Positions 1 to 10,025 of a stretch of DNA of 64,000 nucleotides are shown here, one piece after another. The notes below the pieces were generated by a model. It saw only the letters and a list, made by a program, of their open reading frames with translations, did not search any database and had not been told where the DNA came from. This DNA comes from an uncultured delta proteobacterium (GTDB lineage: Bacteria; Desulfobacterota; Binatia; UBA9968). A program made the position numbers and the translations under genes. Position 1 is the stretch's first letter. Each line of letters opens with the position of its first letter. The DNA is taken from contig CAVXEP010000003.1 in the NCBI GenBank assembly GCA_963760795.1, forward strand, positions 196,179-260,178. The letters run 5' to 3'.

Positions 1-463
1 CGGCTTTTTCCCGCCGCTGCCGATCCTTGGCCCATTGCTCCGGCAGGTACAGCCGCCAAGCGATCGGCACACTGCCACGCTCAGTGGCCAACGACACACT
101 GACCGCCACCTGGCAATTATCCTGCTTGCCCAATTGCCCGCAGTACTGGCGCGCCACTCCCACCGAGTGGATTCCTTTCTTGGGAAATCCGGTATCGTCC
201 ACGATCCAATAAAACTGGCGCTTGCGCCCAAGCTCGGGCATCGCCCAATCGCGCACACGCCCCAGAACCGCTACGTCGGACCACTCCGAGTCGGCCACCA
301 AGTGGTGCAACGATTGATGTTTTGCGCTGACGTGCCCCGGATCGATGTGCGCCGCCAACGGTTCCACGCTCTTGCGCCCAATCGGCAGCATCAATCCTAG
401 GCTGTAATCCGAAAACCCCATATGGCGGTCCTGGTGCCCCAAGGCTTCGCACAGATACTTCAT
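1..463 (-). CDS. IS701-family transposase, N-terminal part (partial)
   Basis: Open frame from ATG 463 to the window edge with the DDTGFPKKG and RQYCGQLGK motifs. An upstream in-frame ATG at 526 is followed by TAG at codon 4. Confidence 0.85.
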   Translation of the reverse strand, partial: MKYLCEALGHQDRHMGFSDYSLGLMLPIGRKSVEPLAAHIDPGHVSAKHQSLHHLVADSEWSDVAVLGRVRDWAMPELGRKRQFYWIVDDTGFPKKGIHSVGVARQYCGQLGKQDNCQVAVSVSLATERGSVPIAWRLYLPEQWAKDRQRREKA

Positions 464-559
464 GTACCGTTCGTATTCAGCCAGCTTGCCATGGTCGTCC
501 TCCTCCTGTATGAACTACCATAACATAAACCCATTTTATTTATAACACAGTAGTACTAA
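1..559 (-). mobile_element. IS701-family insertion sequence, 5' end (runs off the window start)
   Basis: The minus strand translates as ...EALGHQDRH..GLMLPIGRKSVEPLAAHIDP..HQSLHHLVADSEWSD..WIVDDTGFPKKGIHSVGVARQYCGQLGKQDNCQVAVSVSLA..PIAWRLYLPEQW, the IS701 DDE transposase signature. An IS701-like terminus TTAGTACTACTGTGTTATAAA lies at about 539-559. Confidence 0.9.
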
Positions 560-667
560 CAGCCTGGTGAAAAAGGATTCTTCATGCTTCGACGGGTTCG
601 GCATGAACGGAAAATCATCATTGGAAACTCCTGCCCCGTTTGCCTTGAGCACGTGGAAAAGTAAGAG

Positions 668-1198
668 GTGAGTCATTCAGGTGGTAATGCATTTGGGGCA
701 TTTGAGAAAAGATGTATCTTAAGTCATGCGCCCGGAGGATAATCCGGCGGTGCGCGAATGTCTGCGTTTAGGAAGCCATGAGGCCAAACCCGTCAAAATG
801 ATTGACCCTCAACAGCATCTTGGCGGTGCGCTCGAGATTGTGCAAGCTCTCAATGAAGGCAATATTGTCTGCATGATGGGAGACCGCAGTTACGGGTTGA
901 TACCTTGGAGGTTCCTTTCCTGGGAAAACCCGCCTATTTTCCGTATGGCGCGCTTGCGGTTGCAGCGGCGACCGAGTCGCCTGTGGTAGTGTTACTAACG
1001 CATAAAGTTTTAGAGCGGGAATACATTGCAGATGTTTCTAATATGTGGCGACCAATCGGCGACCAATCTATGAGGACGGGCAGAAAAAAAAGAACAACTA
1101 AGAGGCTGGCTAAACAATTATATCGCGCTCTTAGAATAATTCGTGGAAGAACATCCCTATGAATGTTTCTTATTGCATAATGTGTGGGGTTCAACTAA
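668..1198 (+). pseudogene. LpxL/lysophospholipid acyltransferase-family remnant (5' truncated, frameshifts, premature stop)
   Basis: Fragments in shifting frames: VMRPEDN..IVQALNEGNIVCMMGDRSYG / VPFLGKPAYFPYGALAVAAATESPVVVL / YIALLE*FVEEHPYECF. These resemble the C-terminal half of LPLAT acyltransferases. Confidence 0.7.
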
Positions 1199-1210
1199 AG
1201 GGAGTGTCCG

Positions 1211-1504
1211 ATGACGGCAAGTAAGGAAGAAGAGCTAGTAGCAATTCGGCGAGAGCTGAAGGAGCTGCTTGTGAGCATGTTGGCAGGTCTGGAAGAGATT
1301 GATCCGGCAGATATTAAAGACGATGAAATGTTGTTCGAAGAAGGGCTGGGCCTGGATTCGCTTGATGCGGTGGAGATTGTGGCCTTGCTTCAAAGACATT
1401 TTGGATTACACGTTAAAGATATGAAAGAGGGTCGGGAAATTTTTAAGTCAATTGATACGCTGTCTCGATATATTTATGATAATAGGTCCAAGGAAAATAA
1501 ATGA
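1211..1504 (+). CDS. acyl carrier protein
   Basis: GLGLDSLDAVE phosphopantetheine Ser motif, acidic, 97 aa, GGGAG RBS. Confidence 0.92.
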   Translation: MTASKEEELVAIRRELKELLVSMLAGLEEIDPADIKDDEMLFEEGLGLDSLDAVEIVALLQRHFGLHVKDMKEGREIFKSIDTLSRYIYDNRSKENK

Positions 1505-2688
1505 CAATATTCGTAACGGGTGTAGGCATTATTTCCGCTGCGGGTAAGGGTGAAAAGGAAACATTAGAGTGTTTTTATGAGGGGCGTCGCAACGCCGGCC
1601 CCGTGTCTCTTTTTGCGTCAGACATTAAATCCCCTGCTTACGAAGTCAGGGACTTGTTCTGTGGTCATTTTCCCGAACGGCTTCGGACATTGAACTTGTG
1701 TCTCGCAGCAATTGATGATGCGCTCGAAGGTAACTGCCGTGTGACCCGGGCTGGGCTCAAAGGAAAGCGTATCGGTGTGGCAATCGGGACGACGGTGGGA
1801 AGTACTTTAAACGATCTGGACTTTTACCGAGAATACCGGAAAACGGGTAAGGCGTCGATGGTGGCTGTGGATCATTATCTACAAGGGGACTTGGCGTCGG
1901 CTGTTCATTCGTTTTTGGAAACTCATGGGCCCTCCGTAACGGTTGTTAATGCGTGTACGTCCGGTGCTGACGCCATAGGCATGGCTATGTCGTGGATCAA
2001 AGCGGGGCTGTGTGAGATAGCAATTGCAGGAGGATCTGACGAAATGAGTCAGGTTCCTCTCAGTGGTTTTCGTTCACTCGGCATTCTTAGCGACTCACTT
2101 TGTGCCCCCTTTGATCGCAACCGCAATGGGTTAAACTTGGGTGAAGGCGCCGCCGTGCTGATCCTAGAGAATGAAACAAGTTTGCGACAACGTGGACAAC
2201 GCGCGAGAGCAATCATTCGGGGGTACGGATCTTCGAACGACGCGCACCATTTAACGGCGCCAGATCCTGACGGGCAAGGACTTGAGCGTGCGGTGACGAC
2301 CGCGCTTAAAGCAGCCGCCATCCGCCCTGATCAAATCTCTTTTATTAATGCACACGGAACGGCAACACGAGATAATGATTGTGTCGAAGGACTCGTATTG
2401 AGCCGTTTGTTTGGTCGTCAAGCCAAGTTTTTATCCACTAAAGGATACACGGGACATACGCTCGGCGCGGCAGGCGTTTTGGAGGCGTCTTTTAGCCTTC
2501 TGGCTTTGGAACAGGAGTGGATACCCCAAAGCGCCGGGTTTAGCGAAGAAGACCCGACCATTGGGATATCTCCGGTCAAAGAACGCACTTCAATCGAGGG
2601 ACAACTTGCGCTTTCGACCTCACTTGGTTTTGGCGGTTGTGATGCGGCATTGGTGATTGAACGGCCTAAAGAGGAGTTTCTTTTTTGA
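1501..2688 (+). CDS. beta-ketoacyl-ACP synthase (type II KS)
   Basis: Cys-His-His triad: NACTSG, NAHGT, KGYTGHTLGAAG; C-terminal SLGFGG. Confidence 0.93.
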   Translation: MTIFVTGVGIISAAGKGEKETLECFYEGRRNAGPVSLFASDIKSPAYEVRDLFCGHFPERLRTLNLCLAAIDDALEGNCRVTRAGLKGKRIGVAIGTTVGSTLNDLDFYREYRKTGKASMVAVDHYLQGDLASAVHSFLETHGPSVTVVNACTSGADAIGMAMSWIKAGLCEIAIAGGSDEMSQVPLSGFRSLGILSDSLCAPFDRNRNGLNLGEGAAVLILENETSLRQRGQRARAIIRGYGSSNDAHHLTAPDPDGQGLERAVTTALKAAAIRPDQISFINAHGTATRDNDCVEGLVLSRLFGRQAKFLSTKGYTGHTLGAAGVLEASFSLLALEQEWIPQSAGFSEEDPTIGISPVKERTSIEGQLALSTSLGFGGCDAALVIERPKEEFLF

Positions 2689-3749
2689 TGAAGCCTCTTT
2701 CAATCGAAGGGCTCGGCATTCTTTGCGCGTGCGGGCGGGGTATAGAAAAGTTTGAATGCGCTTTAAGGGCGGGCTGGGTTGCACCGCAATTTTCTGCCGA
2801 TGGCCGACCGGCTTACCGGGTGAATACTCATGATTTAGTGGACCGGGAAGTCTTAAAGAAGGCCCGCCGGGCGGACCGGATTTCCAAGATGACCGTATTG
2901 GCAGCGCACGATGCAATGGTCGATAGCAGTCTGCCAATCGAGGAGATTCGCGAGACAGGGGTCATTCTTGCGACGGCTTTTGGGGCTCATTCCTCCATTT
3001 TTCGTTTTTTGGATAATATTATCGATTACGGTGAGTTGAATGTATCCCCCACCACATTTGCGCATACGCTTCATAATGCAGCGGCCTCCTATTTGGCCGG
3101 TGTCTTGGGCTGTCGAGGTCCTACGCTGACGATTACGCAATTTTGTTTTGTATTTCATCAGGCGCTCCAGCTGGCGTACTCATGGCTTTTGGAGGGCCGT
3201 GTCGAACGAGTTCTCGTAGGCGTTGCCGACGAGCTTTCAAAGACTATGGAATATATCTGTGATGAAATACTTTCGCTTGCCTACGACGGAAGAATGCAGC
3301 CTTTGAGCTGCCTGAAAAGGCCCAAAGTGGTTCCCGGGGAAGGTAGTGCTTTCTTTCTTCTTTCGTTAGACCCTGCAAGAAAGAGATACGGAAGTATCTG
3401 TGAAATTGAAATCGGGCCGAGCCGCGCAGCGCCAGAGGATGTTGATCTTTCGGTCATTGGAGCCAATGCCATGGCCGGAAGTGAAAAGCTATATAGAAGG
3501 ACGCTCAAAGATGGTTTAGACGTGGCTGCCTATACACACATCTATGGGGGTTTGATGACCGGTGCCGGTTTTGAGTGTGTTGCAAGTGCCTTAATGCTAA
3601 AGAACCAAGTCAGATATGCAAGTTCACCTTTTGCCAAACCTAAAGGATGGAAAGTGACCGAAACGACCGTGCCTAAAGAGCTGAACACGATTCGCTGTAT
3701 CGCCCATAGCTGCGACGGTGAATTAGCGTTCCTCAAAATGGAGAAGTAG
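2685..3749 (+). CDS. ketosynthase chain-length factor (inactive KS homologue)
   Basis: KS N-terminal fold (RRADRISKM, SPTTFAHTLHNAAAS) without the catalytic Cys/His motifs; overlaps the KS stop. Confidence 0.85.
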   Translation: MMKPLSIEGLGILCACGRGIEKFECALRAGWVAPQFSADGRPAYRVNTHDLVDREVLKKARRADRISKMTVLAAHDAMVDSSLPIEEIRETGVILATAFGAHSSIFRFLDNIIDYGELNVSPTTFAHTLHNAAASYLAGVLGCRGPTLTITQFCFVFHQALQLAYSWLLEGRVERVLVGVADELSKTMEYICDEILSLAYDGRMQPLSCLKRPKVVPGEGSAFFLLSLDPARKRYGSICEIEIGPSRAAPEDVDLSVIGANAMAGSEKLYRRTLKDGLDVAAYTHIYGGLMTGAGFECVASALMLKNQVRYASSPFAKPKGWKVTETTVPKELNTIRCIAHSCDGELAFLKMEK

Positions 3750-3811
3750 CAAATGGAACGATTTGACAAAAGCCGTGCACTAACCGCACGGTCAACACGA
3801 CCTAAAACGCT

Positions 3812-4069
3812 ATGAATTCAAAATCTACGGATGAGATATTGGAGGTATTACTGAGGGAAAGCGCCGCGATTTTATCTGTCGATCGCGGTGCATTTAGTGC
3901 GGATACTCCTTTATCGGCACTGGGTTTTGATTCGATGCGCTTTGTCGAGCTATTGGTTGCAATCGAAATACATTTGAAGGTTAAGCTGATCGAAATCATT
4001 CAACAGGAAGACCTGAAAACTCTTCGAACCTTGGCTAGTTGCATAAATCGGGTAGGTTGCAATCTGTGA
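3812..4069 (+). CDS. acyl carrier protein
   Basis: LGFDSMRFVELL motif, 85 aa. Confidence 0.85.
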   Translation: MNSKSTDEILEVLLRESAAILSVDRGAFSADTPLSALGFDSMRFVELLVAIEIHLKVKLIEIIQQEDLKTLRTLASCINRVGCNL

Positions 4070-5376
4070 AAGTGACGCTTCCGTCATCTCCGTTGAGATA
4101 CTATCTTTCGGGCATGGATTGGGTTGTGCATGCCATTGATCACACATCCAAGAAGGTTCTTGGCTGCGGTCTACTCTTTCAAATCGTAGTTGAGTTGGCG
4201 GGGACGCTTGAGAAAGAGTCCTTCAGGGGCTCTTTGGCGAGGTATTGTGAATGCTTTCCTCATCTTTGGGGTAGCGCTCGCAGGGACTTCATCAATCTAG
4301 CGCCTTACTGGCGGACTAATCGAGGTGAATCCAAAGTTGATATTGTATTTCGACAGGCGGTCGATTTTGAGGAGGCATTAAATCTGTTGTCCGCGGAACT
4401 CAACACGCCTCTTGAGACGGAGGAGATCTATTTTAAGGTGTTTGGTGTTACGGTCTCGGACAAGACGTTGATTGGGTGCACTTTTGATCACCGGCTTTTT
4501 GACGCCCGCGGCGCAGAGTCATTTTTGCAGGGATTTCATGATTTTTGCGCACATGGTTTGTCACAAGAGTTTCAGGTGCAGAACGCAGACGCGGGTTTGG
4601 ATCATTGGCGGGAAAAGTTCGAGGCCGGTAGGAAGGTGAAGCGGGCTGGCGTTGCTTCCGGCGAAAACTCCATGGTAAGGCGTTTTACGGATGGAAAATC
4701 ACCAAAAAAAGGAAGAAATCGGTTCAAAATTAAACATTTCGATCAGATCGCGACGCAGTCCATTTTTGAGCGGGCAGAGAAACAAGCCGGCTTATTCATG
4801 TTTTTACCTTACTCATTAGCCATAAGTATTCAGATGATCCATTCCTTGTTTGTGCGCCGTGGGCAAAGGGAGGGTGATTTCGTCATTTCGGTTACGCGTG
4901 ATATGCGCGTAAAAGGCAGCGCTAAGGTGCCGATACTTTTTAATCATTTCTCTGTCATCAATTTTAGGGTAAGTGCGCCGGAGATCGACGACTTTCAGAT
5001 GCTGGTGGGTCTTCTAAAACAGCAACTTTACGAGCAAGTCAAGAATAAACTTCCTGAGGCATTGTCCGAGTCGAGCATGCTTATTCGGATCGTCCCCAGG
5101 TCTGTACTCTCTTACGGATTTGAATCTCTTGTGCCAACCCCCATGCCTACTTTTGTGTTTGGATTCCTTGGGGAGAGCGCCTACCAAAGTGATGAGTTTG
5201 CGGGACTTGGAGTCCTAAATATGTATCATTTTCCACGCATACCACCTTCACCTGGGCTTGGTATTTTCTTCTCGCAGTACCACAAAAGGCTGACTATGAC
5301 GCTTTCTTACATTGAAGATACCGTTGGTGAAGAAGAAGCTGAAGACTTGATCCTTACGGTGGCGGAGCAGCTATGA
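4066..5376 (+). CDS. condensation-domain-like / CoA-dependent acyltransferase-fold protein
   Basis: FDHRLFDARG matches the HxxxDG catalytic motif (HRLFDA); about 436 aa; GTG start overlaps the ACP stop. Confidence 0.65.
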   Translation: MKVTLPSSPLRYYLSGMDWVVHAIDHTSKKVLGCGLLFQIVVELAGTLEKESFRGSLARYCECFPHLWGSARRDFINLAPYWRTNRGESKVDIVFRQAVDFEEALNLLSAELNTPLETEEIYFKVFGVTVSDKTLIGCTFDHRLFDARGAESFLQGFHDFCAHGLSQEFQVQNADAGLDHWREKFEAGRKVKRAGVASGENSMVRRFTDGKSPKKGRNRFKIKHFDQIATQSIFERAEKQAGLFMFLPYSLAISIQMIHSLFVRRGQREGDFVISVTRDMRVKGSAKVPILFNHFSVINFRVSAPEIDDFQMLVGLLKQQLYEQVKNKLPEALSESSMLIRIVPRSVLSYGFESLVPTPMPTFVFGFLGESAYQSDEFAGLGVLNMYHFPRIPPSPGLGIFFSQYHKRLTMTLSYIEDTVGEEEAEDLILTVAEQL

Positions 5377-6605
5377 GCTTTGCAACTCAAGTTTATGATG
5401 GGTGTGTGGTCGGAGCTGGTTTCGCGGGGATTGCCGCAGCCATTCAATCGGCTCGCCTGGGACTTAAGACCCTTTTAATTGAAAAAAGCGCTGCCTTAGG
5501 CGGAGTGGCTCATACAGGGATGCATCAACAGCTGTGCGGTCTATACCTGAATACGGACACTTCGCCGAAAGAAACATTGAATGGGGGTCTTTCGCGCGAA
5601 GTAGCGGAAGGTTTGTTGGCGAGAAAGGGTTCGAGAGCATTGAATATGGGCAAACTGGCAGTCCTGCAATATGATCCTCAGCAATTGAACCATTTGCTTT
5701 CTGACCTGGTGAAAATGGAAACAAATCTTGAGATTTTGTTTGAATCTAGAGTCGAGGCCGTTCAAGTGGAGAACCAAACCATTAAACAAATCTGCATTCG
5801 AACCAAAGAGGAAAAAACATCGCTTCATGTTCGGGCGCTGATTGATGGCAGCGCAGGTGAAGTGGTTCGTTTGAGCGGCGCATCGTATGAATTAGCTCGG
5901 AAAGGAGAGCGCCAACTAGCCGCCTATGCGGTTGAGATTGAGGACACAACAGGCGATCCTCACATGATGAACTTGAAGGTTGCCTATCATCTCGCAAGGG
6001 CTGCCGAAAGCGGTGAGATAGGACGGAGCCTTCGCTACAGCGTCTGGCTGAGTGGACGAAATAATCACAACGGTGTTTTAAGAATAAGCGTTCTCCCAAG
6101 TGATGGCACATATGATATCGAAGCAATTAGGAATAAGGCCATAAGAGTTCATGAAGTGCTTAAAAAGAATATCAGCGAATTCAGGGGCTCCAGAATCGCA
6201 GGCATGGCTCCCGGGGTTTCCGAGCGCGAGGGGATCAGAATGACAGGCCGTTATCGATTAACCGAAAAAGATGTTTTGGAGGGGAGAAAGTTTGAAGACG
6301 GGCATGTTAAGAGTGCATGGCCGATTGAGTTTTGGGATCAGCGTAAGGGGCCGCAGTATCACTATATTCCTGATGGAGACTATTATGAGATTCCGACTCG
6401 GTCTTTGCGGTCGAGGGATATTACCAATTTATTCGCCGCAGGGCGGTGTATTTCGACGGATTCCAAAGCTTTAGCGTCTGTTCGAGTCACGGGAACGTGC
6501 CTCGCTTTGGGGGAACAAAGTGCAAGGGCGATGTGTTCTTATCTCGCGGCCACCCCTGGCGATAACAGCGAACATCCGAGGTTTTCGGCTAATGAACATC
6601 GTTGA
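5373..6605 (+). CDS. FAD-dependent oxidoreductase (FAD_oxidored-like)
   Basis: VVGAGFAGIAAA Rossmann motif, IEK..LGG, REG.R..G.Y.LT..DV, YEIP.RSL..NLFAAGRCIS.D. Confidence 0.85.
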   Translation: MSFATQVYDGCVVGAGFAGIAAAIQSARLGLKTLLIEKSAALGGVAHTGMHQQLCGLYLNTDTSPKETLNGGLSREVAEGLLARKGSRALNMGKLAVLQYDPQQLNHLLSDLVKMETNLEILFESRVEAVQVENQTIKQICIRTKEEKTSLHVRALIDGSAGEVVRLSGASYELARKGERQLAAYAVEIEDTTGDPHMMNLKVAYHLARAAESGEIGRSLRYSVWLSGRNNHNGVLRISVLPSDGTYDIEAIRNKAIRVHEVLKKNISEFRGSRIAGMAPGVSEREGIRMTGRYRLTEKDVLEGRKFEDGHVKSAWPIEFWDQRKGPQYHYIPDGDYYEIPTRSLRSRDITNLFAAGRCISTDSKALASVRVTGTCLALGEQSARAMCSYLAATPGDNSEHPRFSANEHR

Positions 6606-8043
6606 CCTTCTTCGTGAAGAAACAGCGCAGAAGCGTAACAAGGTGGCTTTGCGACAAGGGAAAGTCCGTGTGACTTATGGGGAGCTTTTTGACAGAACGG
6701 AAAATATGGCCAATCATTTGCAAAGACTGGGCATCGACAAATTTGCCCGTGTCGGCCTATTCGTGCCGGAAGGAATCGACTATGTTGTTCTCAACCTGGC
6801 TATTCTGTCGCTCCCTGCGGTAGTGGTTCCCGTTCCTTTAGGTGCCTCTGAAGAAGAGGTTAATAGTCTTATTCAGGAGATGAAAATCAATTTCCTGATT
6901 GGCCCCCGAAGTTTTTGTCGATCAGCGGCGGAGTCTTATGAATTGACCGCGCTGACAGCGTCGCCGCTATTAAGCGTCTCTCGATTTGCATCAGTTATGC
7001 CTGAGCAGAATGAATTCAAATCGGTTAATCCGGCGTTTATACGTTTCACCTCCGGAACAACCGGCAAAAGCAAAGGGGTGGTGATCTCCCACGAGGCGAT
7101 TCGGGCACGGACCGAGGCCGCGGATCATGCGCTTAAGATGACAGAGCAAGATGTGGTGATTTGGGTGCTTTCGATGTCCTTTCATTTCGTAGTGACCATT
7201 CTGCTCTTTCTCAGACGAGCGTCCGAGATTGTTTTGTGCGATCACGAGTTGCCCAGGGGTATCGCGGAGGGCCTCGAAGCGAACGACGCGACGTTTATCT
7301 ATGCCTCACCATTGCATTACAATGCGATGGTTAATTCTCAGCGAATAACGACTTCGTTATGCCGTCATCTTCGCATGGCGGTCTCGACTACGGTGTCGCT
7401 TGATGAATCAACGGCAGAATCCTTTGCTGCAAAATTTGGTCTTGAACTTACCGAGGCCTACGGCATTATTGAGGTTGGATTGCCGTTTGTGAATTTGACG
7501 GGCGATGCACGGCGCCCGCGTTCCGTGGGGCGAGTGCTCCCGGCCTACCAGTGCTATTTGCGAGCCCCGGATGATGACGGTGTTGGAATCGTGAATGTAA
7601 AAGGGCCGGGGATGTTCGACGCCTACCTTAGTCCCTGGCGAACAAGAGAGCAGGTGACAAAGGATGGTTGGTTTGAAACGGACGATCTGGGTCGATTCGA
7701 TGAACAAGGGTTCCTTTATCTTCTCGGAAGACAGCAAAATGTCATTAATTTTATGGGAATGAAGATTTTTCCGGCGGAAGTCGAGCGTGTCATAAATCAA
7801 CATCCTGCCGTTAAAGAATCGTGTGTTTATGGGGTGCCGCATGAGCAACTTGGGCAGATACCCTATGCTAGAGTTGTTTTGACCGACGAAAGCGCTAATT
7901 TCGATCCAAACGAGCTTCGCCGGTTTTGCTACCAGTATTTGGCGGCGTACAAAGTTCCCAAACAAGTCGAGCAGGTTATCGAGTTGGAGAAAACATTGAG
8001 CGGTAAAACGGTGGCAAAATCGCGAGCTCAACTAAATGACTAA
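6592..8043 (+). CDS. AMP-binding acyl-CoA/acyl-ACP ligase
   Basis: FTSGTTGKSKGV P-loop, EAYGIIE, TDDLG, YKVPK..KTLSGK. Confidence 0.92.
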   Translation: MNIVDLLREETAQKRNKVALRQGKVRVTYGELFDRTENMANHLQRLGIDKFARVGLFVPEGIDYVVLNLAILSLPAVVVPVPLGASEEEVNSLIQEMKINFLIGPRSFCRSAAESYELTALTASPLLSVSRFASVMPEQNEFKSVNPAFIRFTSGTTGKSKGVVISHEAIRARTEAADHALKMTEQDVVIWVLSMSFHFVVTILLFLRRASEIVLCDHELPRGIAEGLEANDATFIYASPLHYNAMVNSQRITTSLCRHLRMAVSTTVSLDESTAESFAAKFGLELTEAYGIIEVGLPFVNLTGDARRPRSVGRVLPAYQCYLRAPDDDGVGIVNVKGPGMFDAYLSPWRTREQVTKDGWFETDDLGRFDEQGFLYLLGRQQNVINFMGMKIFPAEVERVINQHPAVKESCVYGVPHEQLGQIPYARVVLTDESANFDPNELRRFCYQYLAAYKVPKQVEQVIELEKTLSGKTVAKSRAQLND

Positions 8044-8072
8044 GTAAAAATAGACGAAGGTTGCGCACGAAC

Positions 8073-9149
8073 ATGGCAATAGATTTTTATGCAAAAGAAA
8101 GACATACACCCGGTGAAGCAAGGTTTGAAGCTCAGAAAATCGCGTTTGCCCCGTTTGTCTTTCAAGCGGCACTCGCTTTGAGAGACCTGGGGGTTTTAGC
8201 AACAGTCGAAAAATACGGTGATGAGGGTGTAGGCATTGAGAATCTAACGGAGCAGCTGCATTTACCCCATTACGGAATGCAGGTGCTCCTCGAAGCTGGG
8301 TTAGGGATCAACCTGCTGCTTTATAAAGAAAAGAAATATTCATTGACCAACACAGGTTACTTCATCCTTCATGACACCATGACGCAAGTCAATATGGACT
8401 TCGTCCAGGATGTCAATTATCAGGGAATTTTTCATTTAAAAGAAGCGATCAAAACGGGTCAGCCAGAAGGCCTCAAGGTGTTTGGGCGGTGGCCCACAAT
8501 TTATCAGGGCTTGTATTCACTGCCGGCTAAAGTGCAAAAAAGTTGGTTTGCCTTCGATCACTTTTATTCTGATCTCGCCTTCAGAAGTGCGCTGCCAATT
8601 GTGTTTAAGGAAAAACCTTCCAAGTTAATGGATGTCGGCGGCAATACTGGGAAATGGGCGTTGGAATGTCTGAAATATGACAAGAGTGTTCATGTGACGA
8701 TTGCTGATTTACCCGGGCAATTACGCATGGCTGAAAGAAACCTCGGAAAGGAAGGCGCCCCCGAAAGGGTGTCTTATTACACAATCGATGTACTTAATCC
8801 CGCGGAAAAGTTCCCAGACGGCTACGATGCGATTTGGATGAGTCAGTTTTTAGATTGTTTTTCACACGAGGAGACTGTTTCCATTCTCCGAAGAGTGGCA
8901 GAAGGAATGGGAAGTGCCGACAAACTTTATATTTTAGAGAGTTTCCGGGATAGACAGCAAAATGAGGCAGCTTGTTTTTGTCTTCAACACATATCTCTTT
9001 ATTTTGCTTGTATGGCGAACGGTAACAGCCAAATGTTTCATTCGGATGATTTGAAGGTATGTTTAGACGCGGCGGGGTTAGAAGTGATTGAAGATACGGA
9101 TAAATGCGGCATAAGCCATACGCTTTTTAAATGTATGAGAAAGAAATAA
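8073..9149 (+). CDS. SAM-dependent O-methyltransferase, ApeB-like (aryl polyene/flexirubin type)
   Basis: EAQKIAFAP N-terminus, MDVGGNTGKWA SAM motif, WMSQFLDCF. Confidence 0.88.
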   Translation: MAIDFYAKERHTPGEARFEAQKIAFAPFVFQAALALRDLGVLATVEKYGDEGVGIENLTEQLHLPHYGMQVLLEAGLGINLLLYKEKKYSLTNTGYFILHDTMTQVNMDFVQDVNYQGIFHLKEAIKTGQPEGLKVFGRWPTIYQGLYSLPAKVQKSWFAFDHFYSDLAFRSALPIVFKEKPSKLMDVGGNTGKWALECLKYDKSVHVTIADLPGQLRMAERNLGKEGAPERVSYYTIDVLNPAEKFPDGYDAIWMSQFLDCFSHEETVSILRRVAEGMGSADKLYILESFRDRQQNEAACFCLQHISLYFACMANGNSQMFHSDDLKVCLDAAGLEVIEDTDKCGISHTLFKCMRKK

Positions 9150-9151
9150 TA

Positions 9152-9303
9152 GTGCATCGCGTTGATTCCGTTGGTGCTCTTATCGTCGAGCATTTTGCCG
9201 AAATCGCTGATCGCTTTCGGTGTCCCGGCAGAGGAACCGTAAGCAATTCATAGCCGAGCGGGCTGATCCCAGGCATGCCGGTTACCGCCACGCGCCGGTT
9301 CAT
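9152..9303 (-). pseudogene. remnant of the terminal aryl polyene ketosynthase (ApeR/FabF-like), internally deleted and truncated
   Basis: ATG overlapping the fabG stop reads MNRRVAVTGMPGISPLGYE, then in another frame IAYGSSAGTPKAISDFGKMLDDKSTNGINA. Both are KS segments that are normally tens of residues apart. The similarity stops where the methyltransferase gene ends. Confidence 0.8.
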
Positions 9304-10025
9304 GCCAAGCCTCCGTTGACCGAGATCACTTGGCGCGTGATATACGCGGCATCCCCCGACATCAAGAAACTCACCGCCGCGGCAACTTCTTCAGGCTTAC
9401 CGACGCGCCGCAGAGGAATCAGTTTGAGCGCCTCTTCCATCGGCACGGCGGCGATCATGTCGGTTTCAATCAGTCCAGGAGCCACGCAGTTCACAGTGAT
9501 TTCTCGTTTCGCTAGTTCAAGCGCCAGTGCTTTTGTCGCGCCGATTATGCCGGCTTTGGCGGCGCTGTAGTTCACTTGGCCGCGGTTGCCGATCACACCG
9601 GCAACCGATGATAACGTCACGATGCGGCCCGGCGCACGCCGCCGCACCAACGGCATAATCAGCGGATTAAGCACATTGTAAAAGCCATCCAGATTGGTTT
9701 GCAGCACGATGTCCCAATCCTCCCCGCTCATCGCCGGAAACACGTTGTCGCGAACCACGCCGGCGTTACAAACCACGCCGTAGTAACAACCATGCTGGGC
9801 GATGTCGGCTGCAAGAGCGGCGGCGACCGCGGCGCGGACAGCGACATCGAACTGTAAGACGCGCGCTTGCCTTCCCATGGCGGCAATTGCTTCGGCCACA
9901 TCGTCGGCCTCGGCGCGCCGGCTGTGACAGTGCACGACGACATCGAAACCATCGCGCGCCAAGCGCAAGGCAATGGCTTTCCCGATGCCCCGGCTCGAGC
10001 CGGTGACTAATACAGTGCCGCTCAC
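9300..10025 (-). CDS. fabG: 3-oxoacyl-ACP reductase (ApeQ-like)
   Basis: VTGSSRGIG, CNAG, YSAAK SDR motifs; position in the ape cluster. Confidence 0.92.
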   Translation of the reverse strand: MSGTVLVTGSSRGIGKAIALRLARDGFDVVVHCHSRRAEADDVAEAIAAMGRQARVLQFDVAVRAAVAAALAADIAQHGCYYGVVCNAGVVRDNVFPAMSGEDWDIVLQTNLDGFYNVLNPLIMPLVRRRAPGRIVTLSSVAGVIGNRGQVNYSAAKAGIIGATKALALELAKREITVNCVAPGLIETDMIAAVPMEEALKLIPLRRVGKPEEVAAAVSFLMSGDAAYITRQVISVNGGLA

